The notes below the pieces were generated by a model that was not told the DNA's origin, did no database searches, and saw only the letters and a program-made list of their open reading frames with translations. Source: Trinickia sp. (lineage in GTDB: Bacteria > Pseudomonadota > Gammaproteobacteria > Burkholderiales > Burkholderiaceae). From it: a stretch of 64,000 nt of DNA. Each line of letters opens with the position of its first letter. Position 1 is the stretch's first letter. The position numbers and the translations under genes are program-made. The stretch is from contig NZ_JBQCHR010000082.1 of NCBI RefSeq assembly GCF_051954495.1, positions 5,874 to 69,873 on the forward strand. The letters are read 5' to 3'. This document shows positions 27,130 to 37,850 of this stretch, piece after piece.

Positions 27130-29130
27130 TCACGCGGCATCCCGCTGTGTCCCTTCTATTTCCGTCACAACCTTCTTAGCACGTAGGATAGCCGCAGGGC
27201 TCATGCTCAATTCATCGACACCGAGCCGGATGAGCGTCGGTATCATCTCCGGCCGGGACGCAGCCTCACCGCAGACACCAACGCTGATCTTCGCGCGTCG
27301 CGCCGCATCGCATACGATACGGATCGCTTGAAGCACGGCGAGATGATCCGTCCGGTACAACGAAGCCAGACGAGAATTCATTCGATCGACGGCCATGATG
27401 TATTGCGTGAGATCGTTCGTGCCGATGGAGAAGAAATCGGCCTCTTTCGCCAAGAGGTCCGCCGTGAGCACGGCCGCCGGCGTCTCGATCATGATGCCCA
27501 ATTTCGGCTTGCCGTGAGCGACGCCTTGTTCCGTCAACTCGCGCGACAGGCGCGCCATGATCGCTTTCGTCCGGCGGACTTCTTCGATATCGTCCACCAT
27601 TGGAAGCATGACACTCAGGTTGCCATGCACCGCGGCTCGCAATAGCGCACGCAATTGCGGCTCAAAGATCTCGGGGCAGTCCAGGCACATGCGAATCCCT
27701 CGCCAGCCGAGAAAAGGGTTTTCTTCTTCGGGGAAGCGAACGCCGGGCAACGGTTTATCGGCACCCGCATCCAACGTGCGGATAATGACGGGCCACGGGG
27801 CGAATGCGCGGGCAAGCGTCGTATACACCTCACGCTGTTCCTCTTCCGACGGCACCCTGCGCTGATCCATGAACAGCAGTTCGGTGCGAAACAAGCCCAC
27901 ACCCATTGCCCCGGCAAGCTGAGCCGCCTCGATCTCGGCGAGCGACCCTAGGTTTGCCGCGACCTGTATTTTCTGACCCTCCTGCGTCCGCGGTTCAACA
28001 TCACGGTATGCGAGCAGGCTCGCTTGTACTTCGCGCTGCGCATCGAGCCGCCTAGACATCGCCTCCTCGAATTCGGGCGAATGATCGAGCCATAGTTCGC
28101 CGCTTCCACCATCGATCGCTATCCTCGCCGCCGAGCGCAGTATGTCGCGATCCGCCGCCACGCCGAGAATGGCCGGGATACCGTGCGCGCGCGCGATGAT
28201 TGCAACGTGAGATGTTGCGCTTCCCGACGTGCAGACAATACCGAGAATATTTCGCAAATCGGCGCGTGCGAGATCGGGCGCACAAAGTTCCTCGGCAAGG
28301 ACGATGCTAGGGCCCGGCAGTTCGCTGAGCGTGGGTAGCGGCTTGCCGAGCAGCGATGCAGCCACGGCCCGCGTCAGCCCGCGAATATCATCAGCGCGGC
28401 TGCGCAGGTACTCGTCGGGCAACGTCGCAAATGCCACCGCCAGATCGAGCCCGCACTTCAGCGTGGCGGCTTCGGCGCTCCACTGCGAAGACACCAGCGC
28501 GCGGATCGCACCGGCGAAATCATCGCTTCGCGCCACTTCGGCGATCGCCTCGAAGATCTCGTCATGCTCGGCAGCGTCACCGCGCGGCGCGAGCATTGCG
28601 CGCAACGTATCCTCGAGCGCCGCGCCGAAGCGGTGCAATTCGCCGGCTACCTCGTGTGGCGCGACGGATTGTCTATCGGCGACGATCTCCTCTCGGAAAT
28701 AGGCATACGCCTGTCCGAACGCCAAGCCTTCGCTCGCCGGAACGCCCTTGAACGAAAGACCCGCTGCATCGGTGGACAGCGCGCGGGCAGCGCCTGCGTT
28801 CGGCGTCGCACCCGGCTGTTCGACAGCAACAGCGGGAACGCCGCCCCCAGCATCGCCCGTAGCCGGCAATGAAATACTCGCATCGGCGAGAAAGTCCGCC
28901 AGCCGCCCCAGCGCCTCGCATTCGTCGTCGCCGTCCGCACGTAAGACGATCTGCTCGTTTTGCTTGATACCCAACAGCATGAGTTTCACCGCGCTTTTCG
29001 CGTCGGCCCACGCATCGCCTCGCCCGATCTGCAGCGAGCAAGTAAAACTCTTGGCGAGCTTGGCGAATTGCGTGGCGGGACGCGCGTGCAGTCCCTCATG
29101 TACTTTGACAACGACCGGTGTCTCCAGCAT
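27130..29130 (-). CDS. HPr-Enzyme I fusion PEP-protein phosphotransferase
   Basis: N-terminal EGLHARPA (HPr His), Ala/Gly linker, then EI motifs TSHVAI, GVGLFRTE and FSIGTNDLTQY. Confidence 0.92.
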   Translation of the reverse strand: MLETPVVVKVHEGLHARPATQFAKLAKSFTCSLQIGRGDAWADAKSAVKLMLLGIKQNEQIVLRADGDDECEALGRLADFLADASISLPATGDAGGGVPAVAVEQPGATPNAGAARALSTDAAGLSFKGVPASEGLAFGQAYAYFREEIVADRQSVAPHEVAGELHRFGAALEDTLRAMLAPRGDAAEHDEIFEAIAEVARSDDFAGAIRALVSSQWSAEAATLKCGLDLAVAFATLPDEYLRSRADDIRGLTRAVAASLLGKPLPTLSELPGPSIVLAEELCAPDLARADLRNILGIVCTSGSATSHVAIIARAHGIPAILGVAADRDILRSAARIAIDGGSGELWLDHSPEFEEAMSRRLDAQREVQASLLAYRDVEPRTQEGQKIQVAANLGSLAEIEAAQLAGAMGVGLFRTELLFMDQRRVPSEEEQREVYTTLARAFAPWPVIIRTLDAGADKPLPGVRFPEEENPFLGWRGIRMCLDCPEIFEPQLRALLRAAVHGNLSVMLPMVDDIEEVRRTKAIMARLSRELTEQGVAHGKPKLGIMIETPAAVLTADLLAKEADFFSIGTNDLTQYIMAVDRMNSRLASLYRTDHLAVLQAIRIVCDAARRAKISVGVCGEAASRPEMIPTLIRLGVDELSMSPAAILRAKKVVTEIEGTQRDAA

Positions 29131-29184
29131 GACGTACCCTTTCTAGGATTCGGCAAAACAATCGATTCAATCACTGCTCAGGTA

Positions 29185-29562
29185 TCAAGCGTCGACGATC
29201 TCAATGATCGTGCCGCTCTTCATCCCCTCGAACAGACTTGCGCAGTCGACTTCCGACACGCATATCTCGCCCGGACGATCCGCATTGCGCGAGCCGTTGA
29301 AATTCAGCACGACGTGGCCCAGTTCGCTGACTTTGTTCCATGCCGTCGGCCCCACCGCCGTCACGATCGCCGAGCCTCCGCCGATACGCAGAATGGCCCC
29401 GATCCGCGGCACGTCACGGCTCGCCTGCTCCACGCGGTGCAAGACGGAGACTTCAGCAAGCTCCGGCGGCGCACCGTCGGCGTACAGGATGAGTACGCCA
29501 CCCTCCAGCAAGGCTTGAACTTCTTCTCCGATCGACGAGATCACAGTCTTGTAGTAGTGCAT
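29185..29562 (-). CDS. srlB: PTS glucitol/sorbitol-family EIIA
   Basis: APPELAEVSVLH and ELGHVVLNFNG motifs. Confidence 0.85.
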   Translation of the reverse strand: MHYYKTVISSIGEEVQALLEGGVLILYADGAPPELAEVSVLHRVEQASRDVPRIGAILRIGGGSAIVTAVGPTAWNKVSELGHVVLNFNGSRNADRPGEICVSEVDCASLFEGMKSGTIIEIVDA

Positions 29563-29580
29563 AGTCGTTCCCGAAATGAA

Positions 29581-30585
29581 TCAAAGGGCGAAACTCGCAA
29601 CCCATGCGATGAGGACCGAGACCGGCCCCATGATTTGACGGCTGATGAGCACTGCGGGGACACCGATGCGGATCGTGTCCGGCTTCGCCTCTCCCAGCGC
29701 CATCCCTACTGGCACGAAATCGCAGCCGACTTGCGTGTCATAAGCGAACAAGGCCGGCAGCGCCATCTGCGGCGGCACGGTGCCGTTGCCGATGGCGGGC
29801 CCGATAATGGCGGCCCCGATGACTTGAGCGATCACGGCGCCCGGGCCTAGAACGGGAGAGAGGAAGGGCAGCCCGCAAATCGCCGACAGGATCACGAGCC
29901 CGATGATATTGCCGGCCAGCGGCGACAACACGTGGGCGAGCCCGACGCCAACCCCCGTCGAGTTGATGATACCGATCAGCATCGTGACGAACGCCATGAA
30001 CGGCAGGACGTTCCTGATCACGGTATCGATGGACTTTCGGCCGCTGTTGAACAGCACATTGACCACACCGCCCATCCCGCGCCCAATCGCAGTGATCCAA
30101 CCGACGATTCCGCCCGAATGCGCGGGATCCGCAGCGGCGACGGCCGCCGCGCCAGGCTCGGCAAAAGGCGCCGCCACGGCGGGGGAAACGGGTGCAGCCG
30201 CATCCTCGTCGATCGAATGAAGACTCGCGAGATCGACACCCGAGACATAGACGTCTTCGGTAATGAACTGCGCCAGCGGCCCGGACTGCCCAACGGGGCT
30301 GAGATTGACCGTCGGAATGCGCTTGCGCGGGTAAACGCCGCATCGTGCCGTGCCACCGCAATCGATGACCACAGCTGCAATTTCTGATTCGAGCGGCGGA
30401 TTGCGGAAACCGTCGACCACGACACCGCCCGTCATTTCCGCAAGCCGCGTGGCCACCTTCGGGATGTCGCCGCCGGTCACGGCCACGATTTTGTTGCGCT
30501 CCAGCGTCGGCGTAATGGTGAGCGGGCCGCCCCAACCGTTCGGTCCCTTCTCGATCCGTACGGCGCGATAGGTACGTGTATCCAT
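29581..30585 (-). CDS. srlE: PTS glucitol/sorbitol-family EIIBC
   Basis: [41 protein letters not shown] and [10 protein letters not shown] motifs. Confidence 0.9.
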   Translation of the reverse strand: MDTRTYRAVRIEKGPNGWGGPLTITPTLERNKIVAVTGGDIPKVATRLAEMTGGVVVDGFRNPPLESEIAAVVIDCGGTARCGVYPRKRIPTVNLSPVGQSGPLAQFITEDVYVSGVDLASLHSIDEDAAAPVSPAVAAPFAEPGAAAVAAADPAHSGGIVGWITAIGRGMGGVVNVLFNSGRKSIDTVIRNVLPFMAFVTMLIGIINSTGVGVGLAHVLSPLAGNIIGLVILSAICGLPFLSPVLGPGAVIAQVIGAAIIGPAIGNGTVPPQMALPALFAYDTQVGCDFVPVGMALGEAKPDTIRIGVPAVLISRQIMGPVSVLIAWVASFAL

Positions 30586-30619
30586 GTCTTCCTCCAGTGC
30601 CTTTTGTGTTTGGTGGTGA

Positions 30620-31174
30620 TCAGAGCTTGATCCCTTCGCGCTTCGCGATCATCCGAGTAATCCCTTCGGTCACGATGCCCTTCAACAGGTTCACCACCAA
30701 GCCGACACCGAGGTAAAACAGTGCAAGCTTCGGAAGAGAGAATGGAGCGGCGTGATTCTCGGCGAGTTTAGTAATGCCTGCCGCCACCCCGAGCCACACG
30801 AACAGCTCTCCAGGATTGCAGTGCGGAAAGAGTCCTGTAATAGGATGGCAAAGCGATACAGCCGAGTCATAAAAGGCCGGTTTGTGCTTTTCTTCGAGGA
30901 AAACGCCGAAGGTATAAGCCATTGGGTTGGTCAGGAAGAACATCGCCAGCAACGGCAACAGCGTATAGCGCGTGATCACGTTCTTTGAGAAGAAGCGCGC
31001 GAGACCTTGAATGCGTTGCTCGCCGACAAGTGCGATGATGGTATAAACAGCCGTCAACAGCACGATCAATGTCGGCAAAATTCCGGTCACGAAACCGACG
31101 AAGGTTTTACCACCCGCATTGAATACACCGATAAACGCCTCGGCGGCGTGAGTCAGAAAATCCAAAGGATTCAT
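30620..31174 (-). CDS. srlA: PTS glucitol/sorbitol-family EIIC
   Basis: [15 protein letters not shown] and [16 protein letters not shown] motifs. Confidence 0.9.
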   Translation of the reverse strand: MNPLDFLTHAAEAFIGVFNAGGKTFVGFVTGILPTLIVLLTAVYTIIALVGEQRIQGLARFFSKNVITRYTLLPLLAMFFLTNPMAYTFGVFLEEKHKPAFYDSAVSLCHPITGLFPHCNPGELFVWLGVAAGITKLAENHAAPFSLPKLALFYLGVGLVVNLLKGIVTEGITRMIAKREGIKL

Positions 31175-31262
31175 GCTGTTCTCCTGATATGGAACACCGT
31201 ACTTAATGAGTTATTGTGTAATTACCGAACGAAAACCAACACGGAAAAGCTAAAAATCTGGA

Positions 31263-31679
31263 TTAAGACGCCTTCGACAACGACGGCTCCCGACGTTCGT
31301 CTGCCGTCCGGCATGCCACTTCAAACGCTTTTCCCAGTGCCTGCTTGACGCTCATGGGAAGCGCAGAGACATCGACACGCTCATTGAACTCCGCGGCCCC
31401 CACACGCAAATCATCGAGCGCCTTGAAACGCGCAAAAACGGAGAGGCCAGACATGCTGAGCACCTTGCGCACTCGCGCCTCGTTGTCGATCACGATAATC
31501 GCAATGGCGCCCCGTCCCAGCCTGGCTTTGAATGAGCTCGCCCCGAGATATCCACTGTTCCACTCTGCCGCCGTTCTTCGAACGACGCTGCGGTAGTGGC
31601 GCACCTGCACCCACGAAGCGATGACCTGCAAGGCCCACATCAATGCAAGCAGCAACAAACCAAGTCGGACGAGTTCCAT
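31263..31679 (-). CDS. gutM: GutM-family activator
   Basis: LQVIASWVQVRHY and MSGLSVFARFK motifs; sits upstream of srlAEB. Confidence 0.75.
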   Translation of the reverse strand: MELVRLGLLLLALMWALQVIASWVQVRHYRSVVRRTAAEWNSGYLGASSFKARLGRGAIAIIVIDNEARVRKVLSMSGLSVFARFKALDDLRVGAAEFNERVDVSALPMSVKQALGKAFEVACRTADERREPSLSKAS

Positions 31680-31818
31680 TGCCTATCTCCTTGCCGTCTC
31701 GGCCGCTGGCCGGACTCGGCGGGGGCCGGGCTCGCACCCGGCTGTTGAGCGTTGGGTCTACTTATTAATGCAAATATCGATGAGGATGTATCGGGGAAGA
31801 CGCGCAATGCACGCGCCG

Positions 31819-33117
31819 CTAACGTCTCGTCTGCTCGCCGATCACGCGTGCCACGTCATCGGCCGCCTCGATTTGCGGAAGGTGTCCGACGCCCGCGAAT
31901 CGATGTTGCGCAACCGTACGCGGAAGGCGATCGGCGTGCGCGATCGGCAAGATTCGATCGGCTGCGCCCCAAACCGCACGGACCGGCATTCGCAAGTCCG
32001 ACAACAGCGGGGCGAGATCGACCTGCAGCCGGCCGTCGCGGAAAAAGGCCGTAGCCATGCGCTCGAGTGTCTGCCTCCTGCCGGGGCGGCCAAGCTGCTG
32101 CTCCGCCGTGGTAACGAACCCCTCATCGATGAACGATGCGTCTTGCACGAGTTCCTCCAGCCATGGCCTTAGCGTTGCACGATCGGTTGCTTTCGTCAGG
32201 CCGTTCATGAATGCCCAATTGCAACTTTCCCCGATGCCGGCCGGTGCGATCAAGGTAAGAGACCGCACCGCGAGCCGCGAAGACGCGGCGAGTTGCGACG
32301 CCACCGCACCACCAAACGAGTGACCGACAAGGTGCGCCGGCTCGGCATATTCTTCCCGCAACACGGCTTCGATTGCTTCCGCAATCGAACGCAGCGAAAG
32401 CGCGTCGCAGTCGGGCGATTTTCCATGCCCGGGCAAATCGATGGCAAGCACGCCGATATCGGCAAGCACCCCGGCCTCGCGCATCGCGTGCACGAGTGGC
32501 CGCCAACTGTTCAATTCGGCCGCAAAACCGTGGACCAAGACGATCGTAGCCGCATTTCCCTCATGCAGCCATAGGCGATTGAGGCGTAGGGACGATTCCA
32601 CCACCGCGGGCACTTGCCGCAAAAACGACAGCACGTCGTTCTTGACAATGCGCCCGTGCGGGCCGGAGCCGCTGACTTCCGCCAGTTCGATATGGCTTTC
32701 GCGCGCGACCTTGCGTGCAGCGGGGCTCGCCCGCGTTCCCGTCCGCGCTTCGGCCGCACAGGCCGCTGCCAGCTCGCGCGCAACCGGTGCGGCAGGCGAC
32801 TCCGCAATCGTCGACGAAAGCTCAGGCGCTTGCGCCGCTGCGGCTTGCACCGCCTCTTCCGGCTCCTGCACCGCCTCGCCGCTCGCATAGATCCAAGCGA
32901 TAACGGTGCCGACCGGCACAGTGTCTCCGACGCTCGCGGAAACCTTGCGCACGATGCCGGACGCGGGCGACTCCACTTCCATCGTCGCCTTGCTGGTCTC
33001 GATGTCGAACAGCGGCTCGCCCTCTTTCACCGAATCGCCTTCGCGCGCATACCACGCCGTAATCGAGCCCTCCGTCATATCCATATCGACGCGCGGAAGA
33101 ATGACCTCGGTCGGCAT
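31819..33117 (-). CDS. AcoC-like protein: lipoyl domain, subunit-binding domain and alpha/beta hydrolase
   Basis: ETSKATMEVE lipoyl-Lys motif, ASPAARKVA...GSGPHGRI binding domain, GHSFGG nucleophile and GHLPQIE. Confidence 0.85.
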   Translation of the reverse strand: MPTEVILPRVDMDMTEGSITAWYAREGDSVKEGEPLFDIETSKATMEVESPASGIVRKVSASVGDTVPVGTVIAWIYASGEAVQEPEEAVQAAAAQAPELSSTIAESPAAPVARELAAACAAEARTGTRASPAARKVARESHIELAEVSGSGPHGRIVKNDVLSFLRQVPAVVESSLRLNRLWLHEGNAATIVLVHGFAAELNSWRPLVHAMREAGVLADIGVLAIDLPGHGKSPDCDALSLRSIAEAIEAVLREEYAEPAHLVGHSFGGAVASQLAASSRLAVRSLTLIAPAGIGESCNWAFMNGLTKATDRATLRPWLEELVQDASFIDEGFVTTAEQQLGRPGRRQTLERMATAFFRDGRLQVDLAPLLSDLRMPVRAVWGAADRILPIAHADRLPRTVAQHRFAGVGHLPQIEAADDVARVIGEQTRR

Positions 33118-33118
33118 G

Positions 33119-34126
33119 TCAGATCCTCCCGCCGACGAGCCGCCGCGCCGCATCCACGATATCGGCAACTTGCGGCACCGCAGCCCTTTCGAGCTGCGGG
33201 TTGTAGGGAAGCGGACAGTCCGCGCCGCCAAGCCGGACGATCGGCGCATCGAGTGCGTCGAATGCCTCGCCCTCGCTCACGATCGCCGCGACTTCCGAAC
33301 CGATGCCCAGTTGCTGCACGCCCTCATACACGCAGATCAGCCGCGATGTTTTCCGCACGCTATCGATGATCGCCTGACGATCGATGGGACGGATACTGCG
33401 CAGATCGACGACTTCGACGTCGATCCCGTCCTGCGCCAGCGCCTCCGCGGCTTCGAGCGCCCGCACGCTCATGATCGATGTTGCGACGATTGTCACGTCC
33501 GTCCCTAGCCGCCGAACCACGGCCTTCCCGAGCGGTTCGACGTAGTAGCCCTCCGGGACGACGCCCTTGCTCTTGTACAGCAGCTTATGCTCGAAAATCA
33601 TCACCGGATCGGGATCGTCGAGCGCGGCGAGCAGCATCCCCTTCGCGTCGTGCGGTGTGCTGGGTTGAACGACCTTGAGGCCCGGCACATGCGCAAACCA
33701 CGCTTCGAGGCTCTGGCTGTGTTGCGCCGCGGCACCCGTCCCCGAGCCCGCGGGGAAACGCATGACGACCGGCACAGAGACACCGCCGCCCAACATGTAT
33801 CGCATCTTCGCGGCCTGATTGACGATTTGCTCCATCGCCAGCGTGGCGAAATCCGAGAACTGAAATTCATAGACGGGCCGCGAGCCGGTCATGGCGGCAC
33901 CCACCGCAATGCCCGCGCCGGCAAGCTCGGCAATCGGCGTATCCATCACGCGCTCTGGGCCAAAACGCTCGAAAAGCCCCCCCGTCACCTGAAACGCACC
34001 ACCGTATACGCCGATATCCTCGCCCATCAGAAAGACACGATCGTCACGTTCAAGCGCAATCGCAAGCGCTTCGTTGATCGCCTGCGCGTACGTCAGTTCG
34101 CGCGGCTGGCTCATTGCCGTAGTCAT
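33119..34126 (-). CDS. TPP-dependent dehydrogenase E1 beta (AcoB/PdhB-like)
   Basis: GEDIG.YGGAF, DTPIAE, QHSQS and DPVMIFEHK motifs. Confidence 0.9.
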   Translation of the reverse strand: MTTAMSQPRELTYAQAINEALAIALERDDRVFLMGEDIGVYGGAFQVTGGLFERFGPERVMDTPIAELAGAGIAVGAAMTGSRPVYEFQFSDFATLAMEQIVNQAAKMRYMLGGGVSVPVVMRFPAGSGTGAAAQHSQSLEAWFAHVPGLKVVQPSTPHDAKGMLLAALDDPDPVMIFEHKLLYKSKGVVPEGYYVEPLGKAVVRRLGTDVTIVATSIMSVRALEAAEALAQDGIDVEVVDLRSIRPIDRQAIIDSVRKTSRLICVYEGVQQLGIGSEVAAIVSEGEAFDALDAPIVRLGGADCPLPYNPQLERAAVPQVADIVDAARRLVGGRI

Positions 34127-35160
34127 TGCAGTATTCCTTGTGGCGTCGGTTCCAGTGCACCGGTATAGACATCGCGCGTGAGTTCGTCGATGTGGGGCGA
34201 AGGACTTTCTTGTGCGAATTCAAGGCCGGCCTTGATCTCGTCCTCGACGCTCGCCCGCATGGCTTGCACCGCGGCGGCATCGACCACCCCCCATTCGAGC
34301 AATTGCTTTTCCAAATGCGTGATCGGATCGCGCCCCCCCCACGATTCGATTTCTTCGCGCGTGCGATAGCGGTTGCGGTCGCTTTTCGAATGACCGCGAA
34401 TGCGATAAGTCTCACACTCGATCAGCGTCGGCCCGCCGCCCCGCGCTCGCGAAATGGCTTCGTCGGCCGCTTGCAGCACATCGCTCAAGCGGTTGCCGTC
34501 GATGGTCACACCGGGCATGTCGTACGACGCCGCGCGTTGCGATACGTGGCTCACCGCCGTGGAGCGCTCGACCGACATCGACATCCCATATCGATTGTTT
34601 TCGCAGACGAAGATGACGGGCAGATTCCAGATCGCCGCGAAGTTCAGCGACTCGTGGAAGGCGCCTTCATTGTTCGCGCCGTCCCCGAAAAAACACACCA
34701 CGACCGAATTGCGGCCCTGCTTCTTGATCGAAAGCCCGGCGCCCACCGCAATCGGAAGTCCGCCGCCCACGATGCCGTTGGCGCCGAGGTTCCCGCGGCT
34801 GACGTCGGCGATATGCATCGAACCGCCGCGGCCATGGCAATAACCCGTTTCCTTGCCGAAGAACTCGGCGAACATCCGCTTCGGATCCGCGCCTTTACCG
34901 ATGCAATGGCCGTGGCCACGATGCGTGGACGTGATGTAGTCGTCGTCGTTCAGCAGCATCGTCATGCCGATCGCCGACGCTTCTTGTCCGATCGACAAGT
35001 GCATCGTGCCGTGAATGAGCCCGCGCATGTAAGCCTGCTCCGCGCTCTCCTCGAAGCGACGCACGAGGATCATCTTTCGGAGCGCATCGCGCAACGCTGC
35101 CTCCGGAACGCTCCGGAATATGGCGGGCATGCCGTCGACCTTGTCTTCAACGTATCCCAT
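34123..35160 (-). CDS. TPP-dependent dehydrogenase E1 alpha (AcoA/PdhA-like)
   Basis: [19 protein letters not shown]...ENN TPP motif and YRIRGHS. Confidence 0.9.
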   Translation of the reverse strand: MGYVEDKVDGMPAIFRSVPEAALRDALRKMILVRRFEESAEQAYMRGLIHGTMHLSIGQEASAIGMTMLLNDDDYITSTHRGHGHCIGKGADPKRMFAEFFGKETGYCHGRGGSMHIADVSRGNLGANGIVGGGLPIAVGAGLSIKKQGRNSVVVCFFGDGANNEGAFHESLNFAAIWNLPVIFVCENNRYGMSMSVERSTAVSHVSQRAASYDMPGVTIDGNRLSDVLQAADEAISRARGGGPTLIECETYRIRGHSKSDRNRYRTREEIESWGGRDPITHLEKQLLEWGVVDAAAVQAMRASVEDEIKAGLEFAQESPSPHIDELTRDVYTGALEPTPQGILQ

Positions 35161-35170
35161 GAATCGCTCC

Positions 35171-36502
35171 TTATGCGGCGGCGCGACGCGCGCCGAGTAC
35201 CACCTCGTCCTGCAACTGACGCAGACGCACGATGGCCGAATTCGGATCGACAGCGCAGTTTTGCCGCGTGAGAAGCTCGCCTTTTTTTATCGGCTGCTTG
35301 ACCGTGCCGCCTTCGAGCAATCCGCACGGAACCGCGTCCTCCGCCAGGGCATCGTCGGCGCCCAGGGCCCACGCGCGATAGGTGTATTCGCCGATCGCAT
35401 CGAGGTGTTCGCCGGGTTTGAGATCGCGTTTCGCCACGGCACACACTTCCACGACGGGTACCGGTAGCGGCCGCATGTCGGATTTGCCATAGAGTGCCGC
35501 GCGCGCGCAACTGAGCGGCACCTCGAGACTCGTCAGGTGATAGGGACGATAGAAGGTGTAGTACGGTCCCTTGCCGAGCTTGAGATCGTGCATGCGCTCA
35601 CGTAGCCGCGGGTGCGCCAGTTCGGCCACGACGAACACGCCCGGCGCCACGCCCTTGCCGATCGTATAGTCGACCACCCCTTTGCGGCTAAGAATGCCGC
35701 CATCCGCAACGGGGCATAGCACGTCGTGAAGTTGGTCCAGCGTGGCCGACGGGCCATGCATGCCCGGAACGTCCGGCACGAGCCCCGTCGCATTGCCGAT
35801 GGCGGCCATTTCCACCGCCGTCTTCGAACCGTCGACGAATTCCACGAGCATGCGAGGGTTCATATTGCGAGCTTTCGCTTCCGCGGCGTAGTCGTCGGGC
35901 GTCGCATCGACGTTCAGCGGATTGTTCTTCCCTTTGCCGGCAGCGACGATCGGATAACCTAGTGCGCTGACGAAATCGATCAGCTCGATAGTCGAACTCG
36001 GCTCATCGCCCGCGCCGAGCGTGTACACGACACCGAGGCGTTCGGCCTCGCGGCGCAGGTAGGCGCCGATCGTCACATCCGCCTCGACGTTCATCATGAC
36101 GAGATGCTTGCCATGCTCCATCGCGAGCAGGCCGATTTGCGCGCCCACGGCCGGCTTGCCGGTGGCATCGATGACGACATCGATCTGGTCATGCGTGCAA
36201 ATCGAAGCCGCGTCCTGAGTAATGGCGATGGCGCCCGACTCGATCGCCTTCGAGATGCCGCTACCGCTATCGACCACCCGATAACCCTCATCGGCCTGAC
36301 GGGCCACGCGCACCGCGTCGCATGCCGCATCGAGGCGCAGATCCGCGATCGCACCGATCTCGAGTCCTTGCATGTGTTGCACCTGCGTGACGATGTCCGT
36401 CCCCATTTCGCCGGAGCCAATCAAGCCGATCCGGACGGGCTTGCCCGCTTCCGCGCGAGCCTGCAGAGAGGCGGCAAGGCCGCTTGGGATGATATTCAAC
36501 AT
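35171..36502 (-). CDS. Homoserine-dehydrogenase-like NAD(P) oxidoreductase with C-terminal SAF domain
   Basis: GLIGSGEMG Rossmann motif, MMNVEADVTIG, AGKGKNNP and C-terminal AVAKRDLKPGEHLD; RBS CAGGAG upstream. Confidence 0.8.
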   Translation of the reverse strand: MLNIIPSGLAASLQARAEAGKPVRIGLIGSGEMGTDIVTQVQHMQGLEIGAIADLRLDAACDAVRVARQADEGYRVVDSGSGISKAIESGAIAITQDAASICTHDQIDVVIDATGKPAVGAQIGLLAMEHGKHLVMMNVEADVTIGAYLRREAERLGVVYTLGAGDEPSSTIELIDFVSALGYPIVAAGKGKNNPLNVDATPDDYAAEAKARNMNPRMLVEFVDGSKTAVEMAAIGNATGLVPDVPGMHGPSATLDQLHDVLCPVADGGILSRKGVVDYTIGKGVAPGVFVVAELAHPRLRERMHDLKLGKGPYYTFYRPYHLTSLEVPLSCARAALYGKSDMRPLPVPVVEVCAVAKRDLKPGEHLDAIGEYTYRAWALGADDALAEDAVPCGLLEGGTVKQPIKKGELLTRQNCAVDPNSAIVRLRQLQDEVVLGARRAAA

Positions 36503-36608
36503 CAGCAAAATCTCCTGAAAATTAGGGCCCATGCAGGCGCCGAACCGAGCTTCGACCGAGGAGGCGGCACGGGATCTTCAGCGCGCTCCGCCATGTCGGC
36601 TTCCGAGT

Positions 36609-36656
36609 TGTTGAGTGTACATTTGTCTTTTATACTAGTGATATGTTCACTCAACA
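36609..36656. promoter_or_regulatory. Inverted-repeat operator overlapping a putative promoter of the PTS/aco operon
   Basis: TGTTGAGTGTACAT-N20-ATGTTCACTCAACA (13/14 match); minus-strand TTGCTG-N17-TAGTAT overlaps it. Confidence 0.55.
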
Positions 36657-36792
36657 GCAAGCGCCAACACGACGAAAAAGTCGTTTCTCAGGGTAAGTTC
36701 GGATGGGTAGGGAAATGCGAGGAAGCGCGGGAAGGACGTCGCGCGCCGCCGAGAGGGGCGGCGCGGCGGGATATGACCGGTTCGGATTGGGC

Positions 36793-37767
36793 CTAGTTCA
36801 GCAGCTCGGCCGCCGCATATTGATCGGTGATCAGCGTGGTGGGGGCAAAGAGCCTGATCGATGCGCGAAGCGCGCGCACCTTCGTCATGCCGCCCGCAGC
36901 GAGGATTCGCTGCGGCACCTCTTTAACGATGGGCAACGGCACGGACATGACGCGGCCGTTGATGGGGTGATCGACGATGCCACCTTCCGCGTCGAGGAAG
37001 TTGAACAGCAGATCCCCGATCGCGCCGGCGGCAATCAACGACTCGCGATCGCTGTCCGAAATGAATTGCGAGCGATAGGCCGTCGCATCCTTACCCATTC
37101 CGGCCGCCCCGAGCACCACCGCGTCGAGCGTGCGCGCCATGTCGAAGACATCGCGCAGCCCGCAGCGTTCGATCAATGTCGTGCGCGTCTCCGGGCTGTC
37201 TACCACGATCGGCGCGGTCATCAGATGGCAGTCGGCTTGATAAAGCGCGGCGAAACGCCATGCGAATTCGGCGGGGTTGAATGCGCGTGCTTTCATGATG
37301 CCGCCGAGCAACGACACCACCGAGACATTTTCCACCGGCTTTTCGCTCATGTACGCGAGTGCATTCACGAGTGTGCGGCCCCAGCCCACACCGATGCGCA
37401 TGTCGGAACGTACGAGATCGGACAAATAGGCTCCCGCAGCGGCGCTGACGGGCCCCGTGGCATCCGCGTCGGGCGAGGACAAAGGCGCGACGATCGCCTC
37501 ACCCAAACCGAACCGTTGCTCGAGCCTGCGCTCGAGCTCCACGCACTCGGCCAGCCGATCCTGAATAACGATTCTGACTTCGTTGCGCTCGCGTGCTTGC
37601 GCGAGCATGCGCACGACGGTGACGCGCCCGACACCCAGGCGTTGCGCGATTTCCTGCTGCGTCATCTCTTCGACGTAATACATCCAGGAAGCGCGCAAAC
37701 GCAGCCGCTGGGCCGGACTTCGATCGTCGGCATCGTCTTGGCGCAGCTTGTTCGTCGCTTTCGGCAC
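36793..37767 (-). CDS. SorC/DeoR-type sugar-binding transcriptional regulator
   Basis: ASWMYYVEEMTQQEIAQRLG HTH, IGVGWGRTL and GAIGD motifs. Confidence 0.88.
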   Translation of the reverse strand: MPKATNKLRQDDADDRSPAQRLRLRASWMYYVEEMTQQEIAQRLGVGRVTVVRMLAQARERNEVRIVIQDRLAECVELERRLEQRFGLGEAIVAPLSSPDADATGPVSAAAGAYLSDLVRSDMRIGVGWGRTLVNALAYMSEKPVENVSVVSLLGGIMKARAFNPAEFAWRFAALYQADCHLMTAPIVVDSPETRTTLIERCGLRDVFDMARTLDAVVLGAAGMGKDATAYRSQFISDSDRESLIAAGAIGDLLFNFLDAEGGIVDHPINGRVMSVPLPIVKEVPQRILAAGGMTKVRALRASIRLFAPTTLITDQYAAAELLN

Positions 37768-37850
37768 TCCGTTTTCTCCCTATTGAAAGTGACAGTCGAA
37801 TCTGAACAATCGTGCTATCTTAACTTCGAACGCTGCATCGCCGAGGTCAC

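Noticed and set aside
27130-37767. Calling the module a standard sorbitol (srl) or acetoin (aco) operon
   Set aside because: srlD, acoX/acoR and E3 are absent. Family membership does not fix the substrate.
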